Notes: generated by a model not told the origin, from the sequence alone. DNA of 64,000 nt from Bacteroidota bacterium (GCA_025359805.1 JANYDU010000030.1:22825-86824), one strand, 5' to 3'; shown: positions 10,497-20,431, numbered from the stretch's first letter. Program-made: numbers and translations.

Positions 10497-11072
10497 TTAA
10501 TATTTCGATAAAAATTTACGAAGTTTATTAAATGCAATTGCTCTATGGCTAATTATATTTTTTTCGTGGATAGATAATTCGGCAAGTGTTTTTGTATAGT
10601 TATCAGGAACAAAAATGGGATCATAACCAAATCCATTTTCGCCTCTTTTTTCAGTAATGATTTTACCTTTCAATTCGCCCTCAAAAAAAAATTCTTCTCC
10701 ATCTATTTTTAGTGAAATAACTGTTACAAATTTTGCAGCTCTATTTTCATTCATCAACAAATTTTTGAGCACCAAATTCATATTGTCATCTGCATTTTTT
10801 CGTTCCCCCGCATACCGTGCTGAATAAACGCCAGGCGCATCATTCAGTCCATCAACCAATAAACCAGTATCATCTGCAAAACAATTTATTTTAAAATGGC
10901 TTACAACATAATTACTTTTAATGCTGGCATTTTCATGAAGCGTTTTTCCTGTTTCTTCAATGTCTTCCATACAGCCTATATCTTTTAGTGTTTTAATGGT
11001 ATAGGAATTGCCAATTAAATGTTGAATTTCTTTGGCTTTATTTTCATTATTAGTAGCGAAAATTAAATTCAT
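10497..11072 (-). CDS. rdgB: Non-canonical purine NTP pyrophosphatase (RdgB/HAM1)
   Basis: FATNNENKAKE, GFGYDPIF and SHRAIA motifs. Confidence 0.85.
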   Translation of the reverse strand: MNLIFATNNENKAKEIQHLIGNSYTIKTLKDIGCMEDIEETGKTLHENASIKSNYVVSHFKINCFADDTGLLVDGLNDAPGVYSARYAGERKNADDNMNLVLKNLLMNENRAAKFVTVISLKIDGEEFFFEGELKGKIITEKRGENGFGYDPIFVPDNYTKTLAELSIHEKNIISHRAIAFNKLRKFLSKY

Positions 11073-11572
11073 TTGATATCAAATAATTTTTGAATGGATA
11101 CCCACAATAATTTTTTTACATCTAAATTATTTTCATAGTCCGAGATTCTTTTTACGCAAAGCACCTTAAATTCTTTTCCAACTAATACTTCATAAAACTT
11201 TTGCGGAATTTTATTTGCGTTTAAAAATTCATCACAACCCCAAAAAATAACCTGCTTAGGATTAAAATATTCTTTTAGCTGTTGAAATGTTGCCCAATTA
11301 TTTTCAGATAAATTAATTAAAGCAATATCATCTACACTCCAACCAATGCCATTTTTAATAAGTGTTTCTACCATCATTAAATTTTTTTCTAACAACTTAT
11401 TTTTATCATCATAAATAAATAATGTGTTCTTTTTATTTGCCCCAATAAAATGGAATTGGTTAGTGATTTCTTTAATAATTTGTTTTTCTTTGACAGCCTG
11501 AATTGGGGGTGTTCCATCAATGAGATAAAACTCATCAAAGAGTTGAAAAATATCCTGATCTTCAGCAAGCAT
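11069..11572 (-). CDS. Hypothetical protein, 167 aa
   Basis: The ORF overlaps rdgB by 4 nt (ATGA). No motif recognised. Confidence 0.5.
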   Translation of the reverse strand: MLAEDQDIFQLFDEFYLIDGTPPIQAVKEKQIIKEITNQFHFIGANKKNTLFIYDDKNKLLEKNLMMVETLIKNGIGWSVDDIALINLSENNWATFQQLKEYFNPKQVIFWGCDEFLNANKIPQKFYEVLVGKEFKVLCVKRISDYENNLDVKKLLWVSIQKLFDIK

Positions 11573-11589
11573 TTAAAACTAAAATTAGA

Positions 11590-12648
11590 ATGGCAATATC
11601 TATAAAAATAAATAAAACTCCTCAGTCAAGAGTTCATTTAGTTGATTTTGATAATATCCAATTTGGAACTATTTTTTCTGACCACATGTTTAGGGTTGAT
11701 TATAAAGATGGCGAATGGAAAGATGCTCAAATATTACCTTACGGAGATATTTCATTAGCTCCTTCTCTGTCTGCTTTACATTATGGGCAAGCCATTTTTG
11801 AGGGTATGAAGGCATTTAAAAATCCAGAAGGTGGAGCGCAATTATTTCGTCCAACAGAAAATCTTCATCGTTTAAATATTTCTGCAAAACGTATGGCAAT
11901 GCCTGAGTTACCTGAAAATATTTTTATGGAAGGTTTAAAGCAATTGATAAAATTGGATGAAAAATGGATTCCAACAAAAATTGGAAGTGCGTTATATATT
12001 CGTCCGTTTATGTTTGCTACGGATGATTTTGTTGGAGTTCGACCTTCAAAAACTTTTAGCTTCATTATTTTTACTTGTCCTGTTAATAGTTATTATCCAA
12101 AGCCAATAAAAGTATTGGTAGAAGAAAAATATGTACGGGCATTTGATGGAGGAATTGGTTCCGTTAAAGCTGCCGGAAATTATGGTTCATCGATGTTGCC
12201 CACACAGGAAGCGCAACAAAAAGGATTTGATCAAATTATTTGGACGGATGGACGTGAGCATGAATACGTAGAAGAATCAGGCACAACAAATTTATTTTTT
12301 GTATTGGGCGATAAAGTACTTACACCAAATTTAGATGGAACTATTTTACAAGGTGTAACCCGAAACTCTTGTATAAAAATTTTAAAAGAAAAAGGTTTTA
12401 CTGTTGAAGAAAGAAAAATTTCGATGAAAGAAATTGTAGAAGCGTATGATAATGGGTTATTGAAAGATGCTTTTGGAACAGGAACTGCAGCCATTATTGC
12501 ACGTATTGCAGGATTTAATTATAAAGGAAAAGAGTATATATTACCGCCAATTGAAGAACGCGAGATTTCTAATTTATTATATGATACACTTGGAGGAATT
12601 TACACATCGCAAATGGAAGACAAGTTTAATTGGATTGTAAAAATTTAA
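11590..12648 (+). CDS. ilvE: Branched-chain amino acid aminotransferase (class IV)
   Basis: 352 aa with YGQAIFEGMKAF, IRPF.F, VKA.GNY and GTAA motifs. Confidence 0.85.
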   Translation: MAISIKINKTPQSRVHLVDFDNIQFGTIFSDHMFRVDYKDGEWKDAQILPYGDISLAPSLSALHYGQAIFEGMKAFKNPEGGAQLFRPTENLHRLNISAKRMAMPELPENIFMEGLKQLIKLDEKWIPTKIGSALYIRPFMFATDDFVGVRPSKTFSFIIFTCPVNSYYPKPIKVLVEEKYVRAFDGGIGSVKAAGNYGSSMLPTQEAQQKGFDQIIWTDGREHEYVEESGTTNLFFVLGDKVLTPNLDGTILQGVTRNSCIKILKEKGFTVEERKISMKEIVEAYDNGLLKDAFGTGTAAIIARIAGFNYKGKEYILPPIEEREISNLLYDTLGGIYTSQMEDKFNWIVKI

Positions 12649-12654
12649 TTTCGC

Positions 12655-12677
12655 TTCTCTAAAATACTTTTAGAGAA
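12655..12677. terminator. Bidirectional hairpin between convergent ilvE and the LytTR regulator gene
   Basis: Perfect 10-bp stem TTCTCTAAAA-TAC-TTTTAGAGAA. Confidence 0.55.
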
Positions 12678-12685
12678 TGTGTTTG

Positions 12686-13447
12686 TTATTTTTCCATACT
12701 CAATAATTCGAGTAATTCATTTTTTCTTCTTAAAGAAACTTCAAGTATAATTCCGTTATCCAATTCAACAGAACCATTTTTACCTTTTAGAAAACGTACA
12801 ATTTTTTTAATATTTACAAGAAAAGAATTATGAATTCGGTAGAAATGAACGGAAGTGAGAAGTTCTTCATAGTATCCAATGTTTTTTGAAGCAATTATTT
12901 TTTGATTGCCATCTAAATAAATAGTTGAATAATGGTTATCACTCTCTATGTAAATAATTTTATCGAGTGGCACAAAAATAATTTCATTGAGTGTATGCAC
13001 TGCCAATTTTTCAAATAGCTTTCTATGATTTAATGCCAATTTGAAATCCAACATTGAAGCTGGTTTCGCTCCCGATATTTTCAACTCTCTAAATTTATTA
13101 ATTGATGATTGCAGCTCATCATTATCAATGGGCTTCAGAAGATAATCCAATGCAGAAAATTTAATGGCTTGTAGGGCATATTTATCATAAGCGGTTGTAA
13201 ATATTACTTTAAAATTTATTTCTGTAATTTTTTGAAGTAATGTAAATCCATCACCACCTGGCATCTGAATATCTAAGAATAAAATATCAATTGTATTTTT
13301 ATGTTTTTCAATTAAGGATAAAGCCTCTTCAACTGATAATGCCGAACCAAGTATATTAATATTATTGTAATACTGATTAAAGAGCAGTTCTAAAGTATTA
13401 ATACATTTATGTTCATCATCAACAATAATTATGTTTATGGAATTCAT
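12686..13447 (-). CDS. LytTR-family response regulator (REC + LytTR)
   Basis: REC domain with the phospho-acceptor in ILFLDIQMPG. The C-terminal LytTR domain reads ...IESDNHYSTIYL...FYRIHNSFLVN. Confidence 0.85.
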   Translation of the reverse strand: MNSINIIIVDDEHKCINTLELLFNQYYNNINILGSALSVEEALSLIEKHKNTIDILFLDIQMPGGDGFTLLQKITEINFKVIFTTAYDKYALQAIKFSALDYLLKPIDNDELQSSINKFRELKISGAKPASMLDFKLALNHRKLFEKLAVHTLNEIIFVPLDKIIYIESDNHYSTIYLDGNQKIIASKNIGYYEELLTSVHFYRIHNSFLVNIKKIVRFLKGKNGSVELDNGIILEVSLRRKNELLELLSMEK

Positions 13448-16395
13448 TTTAATATTGGAATAATAAGTTCAACTTTAGTACCAACAGGCATATTACCTTC
13501 ATAAAGATCTGTAATGATTACTGGATGCTTTATTTTATTATCATCAAGCAATAATCGTATTCTTTCTTCGGTATATTTGATTCCGGTTGATTCTGTTTTT
13601 CTGGGTGATTCATCTTGAATTCTTTTTACTTCATCTCTGCCTGGTCCATTATCTTGTATGGTAACAAGAATACTATCATTTGCTTTTATATATGAGATAG
13701 TTAAAACTCCCTTTTCTTTTCTTTCGGAGATACCATATTTAATAGCATTTTCAATAAAAGGTTGTATAAGGAAAGGCGGTATGTGAATATCTTGAGGATC
13801 GAGATTGGGATCAATTTCAACAGTTAAAACAAATGATTCTTCAAAACGTAATTGTTCGAGTTGAATATATGTATTTAAAAAATCAAACTCTTCTTGTAAA
13901 GTAATTTCCTGCTTATCGGAATAACTCATTACCCAACGCATCAGTTTGGAAAACTTTGAAATATAATTGTTGGCTTCAAGGGGTTTGTTCATAAATACAA
14001 AACTCTGAAGAGAATTGAGTGTATTAAAAATAAAATGCGGATTCATATGCAAACGCAAAGCTTTTAACTCACTATCGGTAATACGTTGCCTCAATTCATT
14101 TTTTCTTTTTACTAATGCAAATCTGTAACTGATACCTCCGTAAATAAGCAGAATAGATACGATTATTTCTACTATAATAAACCACAAAGTTCTCCAAAAT
14201 GGTGGACTAATAACGAAATTGATAGTTGCAGGAATAGTACTCCATTTGCCATAATTATTCTGAGCAAATACAATAAATTTATATATTCCTGGAGCAAGTG
14301 AGGCAAATTGAATATTATTTTCTGTGGTGATATGAAACTCATCATCTATTCCTTCGAGCTTGTATTTATATCGGTTTGAACTGTTGAATGAAATAGAAGA
14401 AAAAGTTAAGCTGATATTATTTTGATTGAAGGGCAAAGAGAAATAGTTGTTTACAAATGTATCGTGATTATTAATTGCAAGCGACTTAATATAAATACCA
14501 GGAGCTACTGAACTTTCTTTTGCTTTAGCTTCATTAAAAATACTTACACCTTGATCTGTTGCTACATAAATATCGCCTTTATATTCTAATACATCTCTTA
14601 CTTCATTGGAGATTAATAAATTATTGGAGTTGAAATTTTCAATATTAATTACACTATCCTCGTTATTTAAAACAACTTTACTCAATCCGTTATTTGTACA
14701 TACCCAAATTTTATGATCCTTATAATAAATTTTGTTGCAATAATTGCTAATAAGGCCGGAGGATTCGTTGATGAAATTGTGTTGTTTACCTTTAATGATT
14801 ATAATTCCTCCATTCTTCGTACTTAAAATCACGTTTCCGTTTTGAGTTAAATCTATACCAGATGTGTTGTATGGGCAGGTGGTGTCAGCTTTAAAATAAA
14901 TACCACTATTTCTTTCAATAATTTTTAAGTATCCATTTCTTATCAAGTAATAAATCACTGTATCACCTAAGTTTATATAAGGTCTAAAATGCCCTAGTTT
15001 TAATTGTTCACCAATATTAAAGTACCATGCTGAGAAGTAAGGTTTATTAAATATAAACTTGGGTGGATATTGACGATAAATAATTCCATTCCAATTATAT
15101 TGATATAGAGATGACTTATTTTCGAAATATGCATAAGTAGCAGAATCCGAATGTTGAAGCATATAAAAATTTCTTTCTTTTATTTGAAATAGTTTTTTGT
15201 AATTATTGGTATGTATATATAATATATTATCATTTGTTTTAATTACAGAGTGTATTAGTAAAAGTTCTTTTTGTGGAATTTTTTGGTGCATTTTTTTTAA
15301 TCTTTTTTTGTTTATTAAATCAATAACTCCTTTTCTATAGAAAAAATAAATATCATCAGAAGCATTTTTAACAATATGTAAATCATCTGACTTTAGACCA
15401 TCGCTTTTACTAAAATGTTGTGAGTTATAGCTACAGTAATATGTGCCGAACCCTAAGGTTGAATAAAAATAAATGCCAGCTTTATTTTTTTTTATGGATA
15501 ATACTATTTTATCTCTAAAATATTCTTTGCATGATATTATTTTTGACCCATTTATTTTGAAACAAAAAGCTCCATTACTTGTACCAACCCAAATGAGGTT
15601 GTTTTCATCATCCTCGTAAAAACAGAATATTTCATTTTTGTTAAGTGAATATATAAATTTCAGAATTTTTTTAGATGGAGAATAGTTATATAATCCCTGA
15701 TGACTGGAAATAAGAATGTTACCATTACGCATTTGAAACAATCTTACTGTTAAAGAATAATCTGATTTGTAAGGAATTCCCAACTGTTGAATGTCATTAA
15801 ATTTAGTAATGATGCACCTTTTTTTGTAAGAACTAACTATTATTTCATTTTGTTCTGTTACAATAAAATTGTATAAAATATTATAGTTTATCTCACTCTT
15901 AATAATTGTAACACTATCAATAATTTTAGTTTGTTCCACCTTATAAAATGTACAGTTTCTTGTTCCAATCCAAAAATATCCCGATGAGTCCTCAGTAACC
16001 CAGCAAGGTCTTGCAGCAATTCCTGTAAACTCATGAAACCTTATCCCATCAAACCTAAATAGTTTAAAATTAAAACTGATAAACCATAATGTGTTTTTTC
16101 GATCTTTATAAATATGATAAGCTCCACTTTCGGTATAGCCTTCTTCTTGCCCAAATGCTTTCATATTATGCCCATCATATCGGCAAATGGCTTTATCGGT
16201 TGCAAACCACATAAAACCTTTTTCATCTTCAACAGAACAATAAACGTTTGAGCCTATCAAGCCATTTTTACTGTTTAAATTCTTAAATTCATAGTGTTGT
16301 GCCGATACAAAAGAGGGTAGGGAAAATAGAAAAAAGAAAATGCAAACCCGTTTACAGTTTATCAATTGGATTATTATTATTTGCTGCACTTTCAT
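13444..16395 (-). CDS. Sensor histidine kinase: beta-propeller repeats + Y_Y_Y + TM + LytS-type His_kinase/HATPase
   Basis: Signal peptide, then propeller-type repeats (GFMWFATDKAICRYDG). The Y_Y_Y motif is YKYKLEGIDDEF, followed by one TM segment and LKALRLHMNPHFIFNTLNS (PF06580-type). It overlaps the regulator gene by 4 nt. Confidence 0.85.
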   Translation of the reverse strand: MKVQQIIIIQLINCKRVCIFFFLFSLPSFVSAQHYEFKNLNSKNGLIGSNVYCSVEDEKGFMWFATDKAICRYDGHNMKAFGQEEGYTESGAYHIYKDRKNTLWFISFNFKLFRFDGIRFHEFTGIAARPCWVTEDSSGYFWIGTRNCTFYKVEQTKIIDSVTIIKSEINYNILYNFIVTEQNEIIVSSYKKRCIITKFNDIQQLGIPYKSDYSLTVRLFQMRNGNILISSHQGLYNYSPSKKILKFIYSLNKNEIFCFYEDDENNLIWVGTSNGAFCFKINGSKIISCKEYFRDKIVLSIKKNKAGIYFYSTLGFGTYYCSYNSQHFSKSDGLKSDDLHIVKNASDDIYFFYRKGVIDLINKKRLKKMHQKIPQKELLLIHSVIKTNDNILYIHTNNYKKLFQIKERNFYMLQHSDSATYAYFENKSSLYQYNWNGIIYRQYPPKFIFNKPYFSAWYFNIGEQLKLGHFRPYINLGDTVIYYLIRNGYLKIIERNSGIYFKADTTCPYNTSGIDLTQNGNVILSTKNGGIIIIKGKQHNFINESSGLISNYCNKIYYKDHKIWVCTNNGLSKVVLNNEDSVINIENFNSNNLLISNEVRDVLEYKGDIYVATDQGVSIFNEAKAKESSVAPGIYIKSLAINNHDTFVNNYFSLPFNQNNISLTFSSISFNSSNRYKYKLEGIDDEFHITTENNIQFASLAPGIYKFIVFAQNNYGKWSTIPATINFVISPPFWRTLWFIIVEIIVSILLIYGGISYRFALVKRKNELRQRITDSELKALRLHMNPHFIFNTLNSLQSFVFMNKPLEANNYISKFSKLMRWVMSYSDKQEITLQEEFDFLNTYIQLEQLRFEESFVLTVEIDPNLDPQDIHIPPFLIQPFIENAIKYGISERKEKGVLTISYIKANDSILVTIQDNGPGRDEVKRIQDESPRKTESTGIKYTEERIRLLLDDNKIKHPVIITDLYEGNMPVGTKVELIIPILK

Positions 16396-16608
16396 TCAAT
16401 AAAGATATTTTTCCATTGTTATAGAAGCGGAAAGGTAAAAAGATTCCGTAATTCTTTTTAAAGATTTGAATGAGCTGTGTGAGTTTTTTACTGAAATTAA
16501 AGTGGTCACACAATTAGTTTAAATCATGTGACCCGATAATTACGCGAGGGCAACGTGTTTCATAGCGAAAACGAAAGTGCGTATAAATCTGATGTGAATA
16601 AAGCTCCA

Positions 16609-16658
16609 ATGAGAATTTGTAAAGTTTGAATGAGAATTCGCAGGATTTGATGAGAATT
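16609..16658 (-). promoter_or_regulatory. Three 9-bp direct repeats (ATGAGAATT on +, AATTCTCAT on -); candidate LytTR boxes
   Basis: Exact 9-mers at 16609-16617, 16630-16638 and 16650-16658, with offsets of 21 and 20 bp. They lie in the 275-bp region upstream of the kinase/LytTR operon. Confidence 0.45.
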
Positions 16659-16670
16659 TGATTTTTGCAA

Positions 16671-17129
16671 TTAGGGTTGTGGTCTATAAAATTGCATTTT
16701 TCCACTTTTCACATCATTCAAATTCCATTCATTAATTTGAACTTTTCTAACCCTATTTACATTTTGTTCGGCAATCATTACAATACCATTTTCTTTTACC
16801 TCAAATAATATAGCTGTGTGCACAACCATTTTCCATTTAGTAATAGCCGTTTCTGTTTTTGACTCCATCATCACATTATTTATTTGAATAATATCACCTG
16901 GAATAATTTGCTCTTTTTTATAATCAATAGGTTTACCAAATTTAGTTGGAAATTCCCATTTTGCATGAGCATAAATTAATGCCTCATTGGCTAAATCCCA
17001 GCACTCGCCACCATCTACTTTTTTACCAATTACTGTTTTTACGTACTCAATAATTTTTGCATTAGTAGGAGGCAAATCATAAGTTACATTCACAAATAAA
17101 AAAGAAATAATAAGCAGTAAAATTTTCAT
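16671..17129 (-). CDS. Small secreted protein, possibly a papain-fold (CHAP/NlpC-P60-like) amidase
   Basis: Signal peptide MKILLLIISFLFVN. The order GGECWDLANEAL (Cys) ... HTAILFEV (His) resembles the Cys-His arrangement of CHAP-type enzymes. This assignment is weak. Confidence 0.35.
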   Translation of the reverse strand: MKILLLIISFLFVNVTYDLPPTNAKIIEYVKTVIGKKVDGGECWDLANEALIYAHAKWEFPTKFGKPIDYKKEQIIPGDIIQINNVMMESKTETAITKWKMVVHTAILFEVKENGIVMIAEQNVNRVRKVQINEWNLNDVKSGKMQFYRPQP

Positions 17130-17140
17130 GAGTAGGGGAA

Positions 17141-18415
17141 TTAATTAATCATGTCAAATCCAACATAAGGAACTAATGCTTTTGGTATTTTTATTCCCTC
17201 TGGTGTTTGATGATTTTCCAGAAGTGTGGCAACTATTCGAGGTAATGCCAATGCACTTCCATTTAGTGTATGCACCAAATGATTTTTTCCATCTTTTCCT
17301 TTAAATCTACATTTTAATCTATTGGATTGAAAGTTTTCAAAGTTGGAAGTTGAACTCACTTCTAACCAACGTTCTTGTGCTGCACTATAAGTTTCAAAAT
17401 CGTAAGTTAAAGCAGATGCAAAACTCATATCACCTCCACATAAACGTAAAATGCGGTAAGGCAATTCTAATTTTTCTAATAAGCCCTTTACATGGTTAAC
17501 CATTTCATCCAATAACTCATAAGATTTTTCTGGATGTGCTATCTGAACAATTTCAACTTTATCAAATTGATGTAGGCGATTTAATCCTCGAACGTGTGCT
17601 CCATAACTTCCTGCTTCACGTCTAAAGCAAGGTGTATATCCAGTATTTTTTATAGGAAGATCTTCTTCTTTTACAATTACATCGCGATACAAATTAGTGA
17701 TAGGAACTTCGGCAGTTGGAATCAAATACAAATCATCCACACCCACATGATACATTTGTCCTTCTTTATCGGGCAACTGCCCAGTGCCAAAACCCGAATC
17801 AGCATTTACTAAAAGCGGAGGCATAATTTCTGTATAACCAGCTTTCATGGCTTCATCTAAAAAGAAATTAATCATGCCACGTTGTAATCTTGCACCTTTG
17901 CCCTTATAAACTGGAAAACCAGCACCAGTAATTTTATTTCCCAATTCAAAATCAATCAAATTGTATTTTGAAGCCAGTTCCCAATGAGGTAATGCCCCTT
18001 CATATAATTTAGGAATTTCACCCTGTTGAAATACATTCAAATTTTCTTCAGGAGTTTTTCCTTCGGGCACAATTTCATTTGGCAAATTGGGAAGCGTAAC
18101 CAATACACTGAACAATTCATCTTCAAGGTTTTTCACTTTTTCTTCTACTGATTTTGAAGATTCTTTCAATTCAACAGTTCGAGCTTTGATAGATTCTGCT
18201 TCTTCTTTCTTGCCTGTTTTCATCAACTCACCAATTTGTTTAGCCAATTGATTTCCTTCAGCTAAATTTTTCTCTAACTGAAGTTGTGCTGCACGTTTTT
18301 GCTCATCTAAACTAATAATGGAATCAATGATTTGATCAACATCTTTGACATGTTTTTTTGCCAAACGTTTTTTTACGTCAGCAGTGTTTTCGCGTATATA
18401 ATTTATTTGAAGCAT
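17141..18415 (-). CDS. serS: Seryl-tRNA synthetase
   Basis: 424 aa with an N-terminal coiled-coil arm. Class II motifs are present (FRRE.GS...GL.R.HQF.KVE; GSALA.PR). Confidence 0.92.
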   Translation of the reverse strand: MLQINYIRENTADVKKRLAKKHVKDVDQIIDSIISLDEQKRAAQLQLEKNLAEGNQLAKQIGELMKTGKKEEAESIKARTVELKESSKSVEEKVKNLEDELFSVLVTLPNLPNEIVPEGKTPEENLNVFQQGEIPKLYEGALPHWELASKYNLIDFELGNKITGAGFPVYKGKGARLQRGMINFFLDEAMKAGYTEIMPPLLVNADSGFGTGQLPDKEGQMYHVGVDDLYLIPTAEVPITNLYRDVIVKEEDLPIKNTGYTPCFRREAGSYGAHVRGLNRLHQFDKVEIVQIAHPEKSYELLDEMVNHVKGLLEKLELPYRILRLCGGDMSFASALTYDFETYSAAQERWLEVSSTSNFENFQSNRLKCRFKGKDGKNHLVHTLNGSALALPRIVATLLENHQTPEGIKIPKALVPYVGFDMIN

Positions 18416-18433
18416 CTTTTAAAATAGTTCTCT

Positions 18434-18458
18434 GTTCACAGTTTATAGTTCACAGTTT
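18434..18458 (-). repeat. Tandem 11-bp direct repeat in the serS leader
   Basis: GTTCACAGTTT occurs at 18434-18444 and 18448-18458 (period 14), 19-43 nt upstream of the serS ATG. Confidence 0.6.
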
Positions 18459-18481
18459 TTGTATTATAAATTGTAGAAAAA

Positions 18482-18919
18482 TTAATTTTCGTTGATGATA
18501 ATTTTGTTAATCACATCACCTTCTCTAATGGTATCAATCACTTCTAATCCTTCAACCACTTTACCAAAACAAGTATGATTGCGATCTAAATGTGCTGTGT
18601 TGTTACGGCTATGACAAACAAAAAATTGTGAACCACCCGTATTTCGTCCGGCATGTGCCATTGATAAAACACCTCTATCATGATATTGGTTTTCGCCCGT
18701 TAACTCGCAATCAATATGGTAACCTGGACCACCGCTACCAGTCCCTTTTGGGCATCCACCTTGAATTACAAAATCAGGAATTACTCTATGAAAAGTTAAT
18801 CCATCATAAAATCCACTTTTGGCAAGTTTAACAAAATTGGCTACTGTGTTTGGGGCATCATTGTCGTAAAAGTTAACTTTCATCGTTCCTTTTACTGTTT
18901 GAATTTCAGCTGTTGTCAT
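18482..18919 (-). CDS. ppiB: Cyclophilin-type peptidyl-prolyl cis-trans isomerase
   Basis: [19 protein letters not shown] and other cyclophilin motifs. No signal peptide. Confidence 0.85.
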   Translation of the reverse strand: MTTAEIQTVKGTMKVNFYDNDAPNTVANFVKLAKSGFYDGLTFHRVIPDFVIQGGCPKGTGSGGPGYHIDCELTGENQYHDRGVLSMAHAGRNTGGSQFFVCHSRNNTAHLDRNHTCFGKVVEGLEVIDTIREGDVINKIIINEN

Positions 18920-19042
18920 TTTATATAGGTTTAATTTTTAAAGTCTAACAAAGGGATGCAAAAGTATGTTTTTCAAGTAACCTTTACATCAATTTTTCTG
19001 AATTCAATTATTCGTTTAAATTGCCAACAAAATTATAGCAAT

Positions 19043-20431
19043 ATGAATTACGATTTAATAGTTATAGGGAGTGGTCCCGGTGGATATGTAGCCGCAATAC
19101 GGGCAAGTCAATTAGGACTAAAAACTGCCATTATTGAGAAATCTGAATTGGGTGGAGTATGTTTAAATTGGGGTTGTATTCCCACAAAAGCATTATTAAA
19201 ATCAGCTCAAGTGTTTGAATATATTAAACATGCAAGTTATTATGGAATCAATGTAAAAGACTCAAGTCATGATTTTTCAGGAGTTGTTAAACGTAGTCGT
19301 GTTGTAGCAGATAATATGAGTAAAGGGATTGCTTTTTTGATGAAAAAAAATAAAATAGATGTGATTGCAGGTGCCGGAAAATTATTGAGTGGAAATAAAG
19401 TGGAAGTTACAGATGCTGCAGGAGCTAAAAAAATAGTTGATTCAAAAAATATTATTTTAGCAACAGGTGCCCGTAGCAGAGAATTGCCAAACATAAAAAT
19501 TGATGGTAAAAAAGTTATTGGTTATCGTGAAGCAATGACTTTAGCCGAACAACCAAAATCAATGATTGTGATGGGAAGTGGAGCCATTGGATGTGAATTC
19601 GCCTACTTCTATAATTCAATGGGAACCAAGGTTACAATTGTAGAATATTTACCAACTATACTTCCAATTGAAGATGAAGATGTAAGTAAAGAAGTAACCA
19701 AAGCATTTAAAAAATCAGGTATTGCCATTATGAGTGGAGCATCTGTTGAATCAGTTGATACGAGTGGAAAAGGATGTAAAGTAAAAATAAAAACAGGAAC
19801 TATTGTTGAGGAAATGGAATGTGATGTAGTGCTTTCAGCAGTAGGAATTCAAACCAATTTAGAAAACTTAGGATTAGAAACTGTTGGTGTAAAAACAGAT
19901 AAAGGAAAAGTATTGGTTGATGATTTTTATGCAACAAATATTAAAGGAGTATATGCAATTGGCGATATTGTAAAAGGTCAGGCATTAGCACACGTGGCAA
20001 GTGCCGAAGGAATTATTTGTGTAGAGAAAATTGCTGGTCATCATCCAGAACCCTTAAATTATAATAATATTCCGGGTTGTACTTATTGCCTGCCAGAAGT
20101 AGCTTCCGTTGGCTATACCGAAAAGGCTGCGAAAGAAGCAGGATACGAATTAAAGATTGGAAAATTTCCTTTTAGCGCAAGCGGAAAAGCAAGTGCAGCA
20201 GGAGCAAAAGAAGGTTTTGTAAAAGTTATTTTTGATGCCAAATATGGAGAATTTTTAGGAGCACACATGGTAGGAATGAATGTTACCGAAATGATTGCAG
20301 AAATTGTAGTAGCTCGTAAATTAGAAACTACCGGAATGGAAATTATTAAATCAGTTCATCCACATCCAACTATGAGCGAAGCTATTATGGAAGCCGCTGC
20401 ACAAGCCTATGGAGAGTGTATTCACTTGTAA
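19043..20431 (+). CDS. lpdA: Dihydrolipoyl dehydrogenase (E3)
   Basis: The track ORF starts at 18956. The ATG at 19043 gives the canonical MNYDLIVIGSGPGGY FAD motif. The redox disulfide is GGVCLNWGCIPTK and the C-terminus has HPHPT.SE. Confidence 0.9.
   Translation: MNYDLIVIGSGPGGYVAAIRASQLGLKTAIIEKSELGGVCLNWGCIPTKALLKSAQVFEYIKHASYYGINVKDSSHDFSGVVKRSRVVADNMSKGIAFLMKKNKIDVIAGAGKLLSGNKVEVTDAAGAKKIVDSKNIILATGARSRELPNIKIDGKKVIGYREAMTLAEQPKSMIVMGSGAIGCEFAYFYNSMGTKVTIVEYLPTILPIEDEDVSKEVTKAFKKSGIAIMSGASVESVDTSGKGCKVKIKTGTIVEEMECDVVLSAVGIQTNLENLGLETVGVKTDKGKVLVDDFYATNIKGVYAIGDIVKGQALAHVASAEGIICVEKIAGHHPEPLNYNNIPGCTYCLPEVASVGYTEKAAKEAGYELKIGKFPFSASGKASAAGAKEGFVKVIFDAKYGEFLGAHMVGMNVTEMIAEIVVARKLETTGMEIIKSVHPHPTMSEAIMEAAAQAYGECIHL

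Noticed and set aside
18956-19042. N-terminal extensions of several track ORFs (lpdA 18956, GH25 45275, RluF 52221, DUF2132 52831, LOG 53622, hppD 54798, DUF4920 7732)
   Set aside because: Internal ATGs restore canonical N-termini: the FAD motif, signal peptides or the S4 domain. They also remove long overlaps with neighbouring genes. Several of the upstream starts are TTG or GTG.
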